From NCBI GenBank assembly GCA_022821445.1, contig JAJEDQ010000038.1:7312-71311 (forward strand): a stretch of DNA of 64,000 nt. The letters run 5' to 3'. This stretch comes from Acidimicrobiia bacterium (lineage in GTDB: Bacteria; Actinomycetota; Acidimicrobiia; Acidimicrobiales; Bin134). Shown here piece after piece: positions 43,997 through 53,029 of the stretch; the stretch's first letter is position 1; every line of letters starts with the position of its first letter. The position numbers and the translations under genes are program-made. The notes under the pieces are model-generated. The model searched no databases and was not told the origin of the DNA. It was given only the letters and a program-made list of their open reading frames with translations.

Positions 43997-44869
43997 TCAC
44001 CGGGGGATTACCACTGCTGGTTTGACCAAGCCAGGGAGATGGGCCTCGTACACGGCCAGGAGGTGGCCCTGTGGTCCGAGCACAGCCCACGGACCTTCTC
44101 CCTCCGCCGACAGATCATCGGCTGCCAACACCTGTCCGCTCCCCACTCTCTGGCCCAAAGCCTCGTCGATCGACACCGCGGGGTAGTCCCGCAAGACCTC
44201 CGCCATAGTCAAGAGCACCGGCGCGTCCACCGGCCGGGCTTCTTCGACTGCGAACGAGCCGATGGCCATTCGCCGCAACGCCCGAAGGTGTCCGCCGCCG
44301 CCCAAGGCGGTGCCGACGTCGGCGGCCAACGAGCGGATATACGTTCCCGAGGAGCAGGTGACCTCCATCCGGTAAACCCCGGCGTCAGCATCCAACGGGG
44401 CTACTGCCAGTTCATGGACGGTCACCGGCCGGGCTTCCCGCTCGACTTCGACTCCTTCGCGGGCCAACTCGTGCAGCCGACGGCCCCCGACTCTCACCGC
44501 GGAGACCATCGGTGGAATCTGCAATATGTCGCCGACGAAGCCTGATGCGGCTTGGGCCACCTGCTCCGGGGTCACACCAGACATGTCGTGGACCGCGGTG
44601 ACCTCACCGGCGGCATCCAGCGTGGTGGTCTCGGCACCAAGCACCAATTCGCCCACATACTGTTTGGGCAGCGGGGTGAGAAACCGCAACAGCCTGGTGG
44701 CACGGCCTACTCCCAACAGCAGCACCCCGGTGGCATCGGGGTCCAGGGTGCCCGCGTGCCCCACTTTGCGGGTGCCGAAAAAACCCCGGGCCTTGGCCAC
44801 CACGTCGTGGGACGTCCACCCAGCCTCTTTGTCGATTACCGCCAATCCGTCGACGGCACTCCCGCTCAT
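43997..44869 (-). CDS. truB: tRNA pseudouridine(55) synthase
   Basis: MSGSAVDGLAVIDKEAGWTSHDVV..., GHAGTLDPDATGVLL (catalytic Asp). The ATG at 44869 lies inside the 41-bp repeat. Confidence 0.92.
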   Translation of the reverse strand: MSGSAVDGLAVIDKEAGWTSHDVVAKARGFFGTRKVGHAGTLDPDATGVLLLGVGRATRLLRFLTPLPKQYVGELVLGAETTTLDAAGEVTAVHDMSGVTPEQVAQAASGFVGDILQIPPMVSAVRVGGRRLHELAREGVEVEREARPVTVHELAVAPLDADAGVYRMEVTCSSGTYIRSLAADVGTALGGGGHLRALRRMAIGSFAVEEARPVDAPVLLTMAEVLRDYPAVSIDEALGQRVGSGQVLAADDLSAEGEGPWAVLGPQGHLLAVYEAHLPGLVKPAVVIPR

Positions 44870-44934
44870 TGGTCGATGACCGCCAGTCCGTCGACGGCAC
44901 TCCCGCTCATTGGTCGATGACCGCCAGTCCGTCG
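44831..44934. repeat. 41-bp tandem repeat (2.5 copies) spanning the rbfA stop and truB start
   Basis: Copies at 44831-44871, 44872-44912 and a partial copy at 44913-44934; copies A and B differ at 2 of 41 positions. On the minus strand the array forms a chain: rbfA TGA overlaps GTG (GTGA), then a 12-codon ORF VSASDGLAVIDQ, then ATGA, then a 14-codon ORF MSGSAVDGLAVIDQ, then ATGA, then truB. Confidence 0.95.
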
Positions 44935-44941
44935 GAAGCGC

Positions 44942-45316
44942 TCACCTTTCGTCCTCATCAGCCAGGTCGCGGAGAATTCGATCGACTCGCTCGCCGGCCG
45001 AGATCGACGGATCAAGGGCGAACACCAGGTCGGGAACTCTCCGCATCGCTGCTGAGCGGGCCACCGCCTGTTTGAGTTGGAGCCGGTGCTCCTCCAGGGC
45101 CTCGAGGGCGGCAGAAGCAGCCTCTTCGTCCAGAGCGCTGATGAACACGGTTGCCCGGCTCAACTCGACGCTGGTTTCCACACCGGTGATGCTGGCCAGC
45201 TCCAAGCGGTCGTCGTCCACGCGGGCCAGTTCAGAAGCCACGATCTCTCGCAGCAGCTCGCCGAGCCGAGCTGACCGTGAGTAGCGGGAGGGGCGCGATG
45301 GCCGACTGCGAGCCAC
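44942..45316 (-). CDS. rbfA: Ribosome-binding factor A
   Basis: ...RLGELLREIVASELARVDDDRLELASITGVETSVELSRATVFISAL... is typical of RbfA. GTG 45316, 2 nt after the DUF503 stop, is preferred. The track ORF extends to 45382 and would overlap DUF503. Confidence 0.85.
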   Translation of the reverse strand: MARSRPSRPSRYSRSARLGELLREIVASELARVDDDRLELASITGVETSVELSRATVFISALDEEAASAALEALEEHRLQLKQAVARSAAMRRVPDLVFALDPSISAGERVDRILRDLADEDER

Positions 45317-45318
45317 GG

Positions 45319-45612
45319 CTATTCGTCTGTGTTCAGCCAGTGGGAGGAGGAGCTCACTACTTCGATATCGGGAATCGACCACATATAGCGATCCAACTCA
45401 TCGGCGAGCGTTCGGCATTGGCTGGGTTGCCCCGATACCACCGCCACGCCCACCTCTGCCCGCTGCCAGAGGTCGGTGTGGCCGGTTTCTGCCACCGAGA
45501 CGCCGAATTTACGGGTTACGCCCGACAGGACAGGGCGCAGCACCGAACGCCGCTCTTTCAGCGAACGAGAGCCCGGTATGTGCAAGTCGTAGACCACGGC
45601 AAGCACATGCAT
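45319..45612 (-). CDS. DUF503 (YlxP-like) protein
   Basis: 97 aa with MHVLAVVYDLHIPGSRSLKERRSVLRPVLSGV.... It occupies the conserved position between infB and rbfA. Confidence 0.8.
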   Translation of the reverse strand: MHVLAVVYDLHIPGSRSLKERRSVLRPVLSGVTRKFGVSVAETGHTDLWQRAEVGVAVVSGQPSQCRTLADELDRYMWSIPDIEVVSSSSHWLNTDE

Positions 45613-45614
45613 CG

Positions 45615-48359
45615 TCAGACTCGGGCGACTTCTCGCTCCTCGAACGTCTCGATGACGTCACCCTGCTTGAGGTCTTGGAAGTCGGACAGGCCGATACCGC
45701 ACTCGTATCCCGACTGCACCTCGCGCACATCTTCCTTGAAGCGCTTGAGAGAGGACACTGTGCCCCGCCAGATGACCGCACCGTCTCGCAGGAACCGGAC
45801 TTTGGAGCCTCGAGTGATGGCCCCGTTGAGCACGTAGCAGCCGGCCACGGCGCCCACCCGGGGAATCCGGAACACTTCCCGTACTTCGGCATCGCCGGTG
45901 ACGACCTCTTCGAACTCCGGCGCCAGCATTCCCACCATGGCGTTCTCCACATCCTCGATCAGGTTGTAGATGATCTCGTAGGTGCGGATCTCCACCTTCT
46001 CGAGTTCGGCCAGCTCTCTCGCCTTGCGATCGGGTCTCACGTTGAAGCCGATGATGGTGGCGTTGGACGCGGCCGCCAGTTGGATGTCGTTGGCGGTTAC
46101 TCCACCCACACCCCGATGGACAAAAGCCAGCTTCACCTCGTCGCGGCCTAGGCGTTGGAGACTGTCCACCACTGCTTCCAGCGATCCGTTCACATCGGCT
46201 TTGACGATGAGGTTCAGCGTCGCAGTCTCCCCAGCCTGGATCTGGCTGAAGATGTCTTCTAGGCGCGCTCCGCCCGAAGTGGCTGCGGCATCCCGGCCCA
46301 AGCTGGCAATGCGCTGAGAGTGCTCGCGTGTCTGGGCGACCTTGGCCGCCACCTTCTCGCTGGGGGCCACCACGAAGGAGTCGCCGGCGTTGGCCACGTC
46401 GGAGAGTCCGAGCACCTGCACCGGCTTCGATGGCAGCGCCTCTTGAATCTGGTTGCCGCGGTCGTCGAGCAGGGCCCGGGCCCGTCCCCAGGAAGCTCCG
46501 GCAACTACTGGGTCCCCTCGCCTCAAAGTTCCGTTCTGAACCAACAGAGTGGCCACCGGGCCACGCCCGATATCCAAGTTGGACTCCAGCACCACGCCGC
46601 GAGCCCGACCGTCTGAGTTGGCCCGCAGATCCTCCACCTCGGCCACCACGGCCAGTTGTTCGAGCAAGTCGTCGATCCCCAGGTTCTGAAGGGCGGAGAC
46701 CTCAACCACGATGGTTTCGCCTCCCCACTGCTCGGGCACCAATTCATGCTCGGAAAGCTGCTGCATGGTCCGATTGGGGTCGGCATTGTTGCGGTCGATC
46801 TTGTTCACGGCAACCACAATGGGCACATCGGCGGCCCGAGCGTGGTTGATGGCCTCCAGGGTCTGGGGCATCACGCCATCGTCGGCCGCCACCACCAGCA
46901 CCACGATGTCGGTGGCATCGGCGCCCCGGGCCCGCATTGCCGTGAATGCCGCGTGGCCGGGAGTGTCAATGAAAGTCAGCGTTCGCCCGTCTTTTTCCAC
47001 CTGATAGGCACCGATGTGCTGGGTGATGCCACCGGCCTCGCCCTCGGCCACGTTGGCGCTGCGAATCTGGTCAAGCAGCTTGGTCTTACCGTGGTCCACA
47101 TGGCCCATAACGGTGATAACCGGAGGCCGGACCGGGTTGCCATCTTCGGGCTCTTCCTCTTCGAAGTCGGCTTCGAGCAGCTTGAGCAGTTCGTTCTCCT
47201 GCTCTTCACCGGGATCCACCAGCCGGACTTCGGCACCGATCTCCGCAGCAAACAGCTCGATCATGTCGTCGGTCAGAGACTGGGTGGCGGTGACCATCTC
47301 ACCCTGCTGCATCAGGAAGCGCACCACATCGGCGGCCGTCTGGTTCAGCTTCGGACCCACCTCCAACGGCGTCGAGGCTCGCTCGATCACCACCACCCCA
47401 GTGGGCGCAGCCGCGTCCGTTGGGGTGTAGTCGGGGATGTTCATGGGCTGAAGGTCTTCGGCCACCCGCCTACGCCGCCGACTCTTGCGCCGCCTCTGTT
47501 GAGGACGCTGGGGGCCGCCTCGACCTCGGCCGCCTGGAGCTCCCGTTCCACTGGGGGGCGCACCGAGCGCGCCAGCGGGACCGCGGGAGGCAAGAGACGC
47601 AGGAGACCGTCCTGGTGAACCAGCCCCTGGCCCCTGGGTGCCAACTGAGGGTCGCATTGGGCCTCGAGGACCTCTTCGGGGGCTGGGTGCCGGGCCCCGC
47701 CCACCCCGGCCGGGGGGTGGGGGAATCGGCTTGCCCGAAGAAGACGTCGGCGGCCGGCCGGGGGGCGGCGGAATCGGCTTGCCCGAACGCGAGAGCGGGG
47801 GGCTGGTCCGAGCAGATGCGGCTGGCTGAGCAGCCGGCGGTTGGGCCGCCGGTCTCGGCACCGATCGCGGCGGTGCCGGTGGAGCATCGGGAGGAGGCGC
47901 AATCGACGGCTCTGCTGGACGGGAGCGGGGAGGCACTCCCCCACTCGAGGTAACCACCCGCGTCGGCTTGGGCGGCTCGGGCTCGACAGGCTCCGGCTCT
48001 GCTTCGGCCGCGACCGGCTCAGGCTCGACAGATTCCGGTTCCGGCTCTGGCTCCGGTGCGGGCTCTGGCTCGGGCTCTGGCTCTGGTGCGGGCTCAGGTT
48101 CCGGTTCCGGCTCGGGCTCCGGCTCTGGTTCGGGCTCAGGGGGCCGAACCAGGCCATCACGATGCGCTCGCCGGCGGACGCGGTCCGCTTGGGCATCCAC
48201 GATGCTTGAGGAGTGGCTGTTGACGCCGATCCCCAGCGTGACGCAGAGGTCAAGCGTTTCCTTGTTCGTGAGGCCGAGCTCGCGGGCAAGCTCGTAGACC
48301 CGAATTTTTGCTGGCAAAAAGCTCTTTCTTGGTCCGTCCGCAGTGCGCGGCCGACCCAT
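45615..48359 (-). CDS. infB: Translation initiation factor IF-2
   Basis: 914 aa with an N-terminal [11 protein letters not shown] domain, a Pro/Glu/Ala-rich linker, a G-domain ([17 protein letters not shown]) and the C-terminal domains. Confidence 0.97.
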   Translation of the reverse strand: MGRPRTADGPRKSFLPAKIRVYELARELGLTNKETLDLCVTLGIGVNSHSSSIVDAQADRVRRRAHRDGLVRPPEPEPEPEPEPEPEPEPAPEPEPEPEPAPEPEPEPESVEPEPVAAEAEPEPVEPEPPKPTRVVTSSGGVPPRSRPAEPSIAPPPDAPPAPPRSVPRPAAQPPAAQPAASARTSPPLSRSGKPIPPPPGRPPTSSSGKPIPPPPGRGGRGPAPSPRRGPRGPMRPSVGTQGPGAGSPGRSPASLASRGPAGALGAPPSGTGAPGGRGRGGPQRPQQRRRKSRRRRRVAEDLQPMNIPDYTPTDAAAPTGVVVIERASTPLEVGPKLNQTAADVVRFLMQQGEMVTATQSLTDDMIELFAAEIGAEVRLVDPGEEQENELLKLLEADFEEEEPEDGNPVRPPVITVMGHVDHGKTKLLDQIRSANVAEGEAGGITQHIGAYQVEKDGRTLTFIDTPGHAAFTAMRARGADATDIVVLVVAADDGVMPQTLEAINHARAADVPIVVAVNKIDRNNADPNRTMQQLSEHELVPEQWGGETIVVEVSALQNLGIDDLLEQLAVVAEVEDLRANSDGRARGVVLESNLDIGRGPVATLLVQNGTLRRGDPVVAGASWGRARALLDDRGNQIQEALPSKPVQVLGLSDVANAGDSFVVAPSEKVAAKVAQTREHSQRIASLGRDAAATSGGARLEDIFSQIQAGETATLNLIVKADVNGSLEAVVDSLQRLGRDEVKLAFVHRGVGGVTANDIQLAAASNATIIGFNVRPDRKARELAELEKVEIRTYEIIYNLIEDVENAMVGMLAPEFEEVVTGDAEVREVFRIPRVGAVAGCYVLNGAITRGSKVRFLRDGAVIWRGTVSSLKRFKEDVREVQSGYECGIGLSDFQDLKQGDVIETFEEREVARV
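47964..48143. repeat. Hexanucleotide-type coding repeat specifying a (PE)n / [10 protein letters not shown] linker in IF-2
   Basis: About 60 aa [60 protein letters not shown], encoded by GGCTC(T/G/A)GG(C/T)TC-type iterations. Confidence 0.85.
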
Positions 48360-48426
48360 TTGGGTCGGGAATCTATTGTCTCACGCCTGCCCTTCAGATT
48401 TCGAAGTCAATCCAAAGCGCTGGCTA

Positions 48427-49617
48427 CTACCCCGGGGGAGGACCGCCCTCCGCAGCGTCCCCAACCTCCTCAACGGGAACGTTCTCACTTCCTGTGGCAG
48501 ACCCTTCCTCAGAAGGGGTTTCCTCGGCGCCCTCTGCGGCCCATTCCTCAGCTGACAGCGCTGGTCCTCCCTCTGCCGGCCGCCATACCTGCTCGCCGGT
48601 TGTCTCGTCCACCACCCATTCTCCCTCAGCCCAATCCATGTCCTCATAGGCAGCTTCTTGGGCAAGCTGAGTCTCGCTTTTGATGTCGATCCGCCATCCG
48701 GTCAACCGAGCAGAGAGCCGGGCATTCTGGCCTTCTTTGCCGATGGCCAACGAGAGCTGATAGTCGGGCACCACCACCTCGGCCACCCCGGACTCCTCGT
48801 CGACGGTGACCTCCTTGATCTTGGCCGGTGACAGCGCCTTGGCCACGAAGTCGGCCGGATCATCGGCGAAGGGAACGATGTCGATCTTCTCCCCCCGCAA
48901 CTCGTTGACCACCATGCGAACCCGGGCCCCCCGGGCCCCCACACAGGCCCCTACCGGATCTACGTTGGTGTCGTTGGACGACACCGCGATCTTGGTGCGA
49001 TGACCCGGCTCCCGAGCACACGCCCTGATCTCCACCACCCCATCGGCGATCTCGGGCACTTCCAGCTCAAACAGCCGCTTGATAAGCCCTGGATGGGTGC
49101 GGCTGACCACGATTTGCGGGCCCTTGGCCGTCTTCCGGACTTCCACGATGTAGGCCTTGAGGCGGCTGTTGGCGTCGGGGCGCTCAAAGGGCACCTGCTC
49201 AGCCTGGGGCAAGAGGGCCTCCACTCGGCCCAAGTCCAACAAGGTGTAGCGGGCATCATTCTGCTGAATGATGCAGGTGACGATGTCTCCTTCCAGACCG
49301 GCGTATTCCTCGTACTTGAGCTCCCTCTCCACCTCGCGAATCCGCTGCATCATGACCTGCTTGGCCGTCTGTGCAGCGATACGGCCGAAACCATCGGGAG
49401 TCACGTCAAATGGCTCCCCAATGGGCTCGCCGTCCTCATCCAGCTTTTGCGCGAATACCTGGATGTCGGCCGTCTCGGGATTGATGGTTACCCAGGCATA
49501 TTCCTCGCTGTCGGGCATCCGCTTGTAGGCCGATTCAAGGGCATCGGCCAGGGCCGCCAACAGGGCCTCTACCGAAATCCCCTTGTCTGCGGCCAGGGCT
49601 TGGAGGGCTTCAAGCAT
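48427..49617 (-). CDS. nusA: Transcription termination/antitermination factor NusA (with an acidic ~55-aa C-terminal tail)
   Basis: MLEALQALAADKGISVEALLAALADALESAYKR..., with S1 and two KH domains. The ATG at 49617, 8 nt after the rimP stop, is preferred over the track start at 49743. Confidence 0.93.
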   Translation of the reverse strand: MLEALQALAADKGISVEALLAALADALESAYKRMPDSEEYAWVTINPETADIQVFAQKLDEDGEPIGEPFDVTPDGFGRIAAQTAKQVMMQRIREVERELKYEEYAGLEGDIVTCIIQQNDARYTLLDLGRVEALLPQAEQVPFERPDANSRLKAYIVEVRKTAKGPQIVVSRTHPGLIKRLFELEVPEIADGVVEIRACAREPGHRTKIAVSSNDTNVDPVGACVGARGARVRMVVNELRGEKIDIVPFADDPADFVAKALSPAKIKEVTVDEESGVAEVVVPDYQLSLAIGKEGQNARLSARLTGWRIDIKSETQLAQEAAYEDMDWAEGEWVVDETTGEQVWRPAEGGPALSAEEWAAEGAEETPSEEGSATGSENVPVEEVGDAAEGGPPPG

Positions 49618-49625
49618 GTCAGGAT

Positions 49626-50177
49626 TCACTTCTGGTCCTTTCCATGTACCGGCTGCACAGAGGGCTGCCCGCATGTCTCCACGGGCATCGGCATCCATCG
49701 GCTGCTCTTCTCCTTGATCTGCTTCTTTGGCATTGGACCCCATTCGAAGACGGTCCTGGCCTTGGCGATGTCGTTGAATGACACGCGTTGAGGAACTCCG
49801 TCCTTTTCAATGGTAATTCCGTCATCGTCGTATTCCATCAGCGAACCCTGAATCCGACGATTCCCTTCGACATGGGGGCCGAGCTTCACGCTTATGGTCT
49901 CGCCTACTGCCCGGGCATAGTGCTCGGGACAGCGCAGCGGACGCTCCAAACCGGGGCTGGTGAGTTCCAGGGTGTACCGACCGGGAACAATATCGCTGTC
50001 ATCCAACAGGCGAGAGGCGACCTTGGAGGCGTCGGCCACCTCGTCCAAGCTCACCCCTCCGGGCTTGTCCACGATGATGCGCAGCACCCCGCCTCCATAG
50101 GTGAGGTCGTAGATCTCCAAATCCCGCCCATGGAAGAGGGGCGCGAGCAGGTCGCGCACGCTGTCGGCTACTGGCAT
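49626..50177 (-). CDS. rimP: Ribosome maturation factor RimP
   Basis: 183 aa with ...LEIYDLTYGGGVLRIIVDKPGGVSLDEVADASKVASRLLD...YTLELTSPGLERPL. It lies upstream of nusA. Confidence 0.88.
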   Translation of the reverse strand: MPVADSVRDLLAPLFHGRDLEIYDLTYGGGVLRIIVDKPGGVSLDEVADASKVASRLLDDSDIVPGRYTLELTSPGLERPLRCPEHYARAVGETISVKLGPHVEGNRRIQGSLMEYDDDGITIEKDGVPQRVSFNDIAKARTVFEWGPMPKKQIKEKSSRWMPMPVETCGQPSVQPVHGKDQK

Positions 50178-50204
50178 CTCGCCCCTTTCCTAACTGGTGC
50201 GGTC

Positions 50205-50239
50205 CCCAAAGTCAGAAGGCGTGGGCCCCAGCCCACGCC
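50205..50239 (-). terminator. Candidate intrinsic terminator downstream of proS
   Basis: A perfect 9-bp stem GGCGTGGGC / GCCCACGCC with a 4-nt loop lies at 50218-50239. On the minus strand it is followed by TTCTGACTTTGG (moderately U-rich). It sits in the 153-nt proS-rimP spacer. Confidence 0.45.
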
Positions 50240-50330
50240 TCACCCGACTGAAGAGATCGACGATTCACCGGCAATCCTACCCGGTGAAACCGCCCATGTC
50301 GCTGCTTAGCGACGTGTCGTTGGGCCTTTT

Positions 50331-51743
50331 TCAGTAGCTGCGGCCGCAGACAGCCACAAGATCGGTCTCGTCGCCGCTTTGAGGAAGGGATCCGTCAGGG
50401 AGTTGCAAGCACCTCACGGTAACCGCGTCTTCGGCCAAGGCCGCTTCGCCCTCGGGGCCGAGTTCAGCCCACGGAATCCGGGCGAATCCCGTTGCCGCCG
50501 CCTCCTGAACCTCGGCCACGGTGGCCGCCTCGACTATCCGAGAGTCCCGCCACGCCATGGCGTCGTTGAAAATCTGCTGCTGGATGTCGTCAAGCAGCCA
50601 CTCCACTTGCTTGGGCGCCGCGGAGAGATCGACTGCCTGCTTGTCGCCGGCAATCCGAGACACCAGCGTTGCCTGACCGTTTTCCAGATCCCGGGGTCCG
50701 ATCTCCACCCGTACAGGCACCCCTTTCAGCTCCCAGTCGGTGGCTCTTCGGCCAAACCCCGTGCCCGTCCGGTCGTCAACCTTCGCCCGTATCCCGGCAG
50801 CAGCCAAAGATCCAGCCAATTGGTGGCAAGCGTCCACAACTCCGTCGGCGTCGCGGACGGCAACGACAACGGCTTGAACGGGCGCCAACCGGGGAGGGAC
50901 TACGAGCCCTTGGTCGTCACCGTGGGCCATGATCAGCCCGCCAACCATCCGAGACGACACCCCCCAGGAGGTCTGCCACACGTGGGCCTGACTCCCTTCG
51001 GCATCCAGATAGGTGATGTCGAACATGGTGGCGAAGCTCTGGCCCAGTTCATGGGATGTTCCCATCTGAAGGGCCTTGCCGTCTCGCATCATCCCCTCGA
51101 GGCACATGGAGTTTATGGCCCCGGGGAACCGTTCCGCCTCGGTCTTGTACCCGATGAGCACCGGGATGGCCAGCACCGACTCCATGAAGTCCCGATACAC
51201 CTCGTGGAGGATCATGGCTGCGTAGTCACGGGCTTCCTGGCGGGTGGTGTGGGCGGTATGGCCTTCCTGCCACAGGAACTCCGTGGTGCGCAGGAATATC
51301 CGGGGGCGCATCTCCCAGCGGACCACATTGGCCCACTGGTTGATCAGCAGGGGCAGGTCGCGATGGCTCTGTATCCATTTGGAGAAGTAGGCGTTGATGA
51401 TGGTCTCGCTGGTGGGTCGCACCACCACCGGCTCGGCCAGCTCTCGGCCTCCGCCCTGGGTAACCACTGCCAATTCAGGGCTGAAGCCCTCCACGTGGTC
51501 GGACTCCCGGTTCAGGTAGCTCTCGGGGATGAACAGCGGGAAGTAGGCGTTGTCGGCCCCGGCGCTCTTGATGCGCTGATCCACCTCGGCCTGCATCCGC
51601 TCCCACAGGGCATAGCCATAGGGTCGGATCACCATGGTTCCCCGCACGGGCCCGTTGTCGGCCAGTTCCGCCTTGTTGAGAATGTCCTGGTACCAGCGGG
51701 GGAAGTCTTCCTGCTGGGATGTGAGCACCCCTTTTTTGGCCAT
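50331..51743 (-). CDS. proS: Prolyl-tRNA synthetase, short archaeal/eukaryote-like type
   Basis: About 470 aa with ...FPRWYQDILNKAELADNGPVRGTMVIRPYGYALWE... and no bacterial-type INS editing insertion. The ATG at 51743 is preceded by GGAGAG. An alternative GTG at 51749 overlaps the ispG stop (GTGA). Confidence 0.9.
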   Translation of the reverse strand: MAKKGVLTSQQEDFPRWYQDILNKAELADNGPVRGTMVIRPYGYALWERMQAEVDQRIKSAGADNAYFPLFIPESYLNRESDHVEGFSPELAVVTQGGGRELAEPVVVRPTSETIINAYFSKWIQSHRDLPLLINQWANVVRWEMRPRIFLRTTEFLWQEGHTAHTTRQEARDYAAMILHEVYRDFMESVLAIPVLIGYKTEAERFPGAINSMCLEGMMRDGKALQMGTSHELGQSFATMFDITYLDAEGSQAHVWQTSWGVSSRMVGGLIMAHGDDQGLVVPPRLAPVQAVVVAVRDADGVVDACHQLAGSLAAAGIRAKVDDRTGTGFGRRATDWELKGVPVRVEIGPRDLENGQATLVSRIAGDKQAVDLSAAPKQVEWLLDDIQQQIFNDAMAWRDSRIVEAATVAEVQEAAATGFARIPWAELGPEGEAALAEDAVTVRCLQLPDGSLPQSGDETDLVAVCGRSY

Positions 51744-51745
51744 CC

Positions 51746-52969
51746 TCACGCTCTCCTGCGGATCAGATCGATCTTTTCGCCGGCCTGATTGGCGTCATCG
51801 CCCTGCTCGGCCAGCAGGCGACTCCGGTCACGCTCCGCTTCGCGGGCCGCGGCCACCGTGTCGGCCCTTTCCAGCGCGGCCTCAGGCCCGTGATCGTGGA
51901 TCAACTCGGCCCACTCCACGAGCGCCGACACCATTTCCTCCTCGGCCACCACGGCCACGTTGCGGCCCTTGACGAACAGGTGGCCCCGCTTGTTGCCCGC
52001 CGCGATTCCGATATCAGCGTCACGGGCCTCGCCGGGACCATTGACGACGCACCCCATGACCGCCACCTGAAGGGGAATCTCCCGGTCGCCGAACGCCTCC
52101 ATGGCCTGCTCCGCCACGGCATACACGTCGATCTCCGCCCGACCGCAGCTCGGACAGGCGATGAGGTCCACGTTCTTGCGCTCCCGCAGTCCCATGGACT
52201 CAAGTAGCTGGCGACCGGCCTCCGCCTCTTGCACCGGGTCGGCGGTGAGGCTGTAGCGTATAGTGTCGCCGATTCCCTCGGCCAAGAGGGTGCCAATGCC
52301 GACGGTTGACTTTATCAGCCCCACCGGGGGCGGCCCGGCTTCGGTCACCCCTAGGTGGAGCGGGTGGTCGGTGACCTCGGCCAGCTGTCGGTAGGACTCG
52401 ATCATCAGGGGCACGCTGGAGGCCTTGACCGAGATCTTGACGTCTTCGAAGTCCACATCGGCGAAGTAGTCGAGTTCCATCTGGGCTGACTCCACCATGG
52501 CCTCCGGGGTCACCCGGTCGCCGTACTTGCGGTAGAGATCAGGGTGCAGCGACCCCCCGTTCACTCCGATGCGGATGGGAACCCCGCGGTCCCGGCACTC
52601 TGAGGCCACCGTTCGAATGTGCTCGGGTTTGCGGATGTTGCCGGGGTTCAGCCTCAGGCACTGGACGCCGGCGTCCAGGGCGGCCAGCGCCATGCGGTAC
52701 TGGTGGTGAATGTCGGCCACGATGGGCACCGGAGACCGGGGCACAATCTGGGCCAGTCCCTCGGCGGCCTCGACCTCATTGCAAGTGCAGCGCACGATGT
52801 CGGCCCCCGCCGCAGCCAGGGCGTATATCTGCTGAAGGGTGCCTTCCACATCGGCGGTGCGGGTGGTGGTCATGGACTGGACAGTGATGGGCGCGCCACC
52901 GCCGACGGCCACATCCCCCACATGGATCCCACGGGTGGGGCGTCGCTCGAAAGCAGCCTCGACTTCCAT
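51746..52969 (-). CDS. ispG: 4-hydroxy-3-methylbut-2-en-1-yl diphosphate synthase
   Basis: 407 aa with APITVQSMTTT and [4Fe-4S] ligand regions CPSCGR and GCVVNGPGE. Confidence 0.93.
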   Translation of the reverse strand: MEVEAAFERRPTRGIHVGDVAVGGGAPITVQSMTTTRTADVEGTLQQIYALAAAGADIVRCTCNEVEAAEGLAQIVPRSPVPIVADIHHQYRMALAALDAGVQCLRLNPGNIRKPEHIRTVASECRDRGVPIRIGVNGGSLHPDLYRKYGDRVTPEAMVESAQMELDYFADVDFEDVKISVKASSVPLMIESYRQLAEVTDHPLHLGVTEAGPPPVGLIKSTVGIGTLLAEGIGDTIRYSLTADPVQEAEAGRQLLESMGLRERKNVDLIACPSCGRAEIDVYAVAEQAMEAFGDREIPLQVAVMGCVVNGPGEARDADIGIAAGNKRGHLFVKGRNVAVVAEEEMVSALVEWAELIHDHGPEAALERADTVAAAREAERDRSRLLAEQGDDANQAGEKIDLIRRRA

Positions 52970-53029
52970 GCCCTCAGCTTGACACGCCCGGCCCGCGGTA
53001 TCCGCAATTGCCCGTGATCATCCCGCTCC

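Noticed and set aside
48381-48665. The 94-aa ORF between nusA and infB as the missing YlxR (DUF448) protein. Its MRTWIGLR vaguely resembles the YlxR RTCxGCR start and the location is right.
   Set aside because: About 240 of its 285 nt overlap the nusA C-terminal coding region in another frame. Both Cys are absent and no GRGAY-type motif is present. Its Arg-rich composition is what an off-frame of GC-rich DNA gives. Most likely it is spurious, and ylxR is simply absent at this locus.
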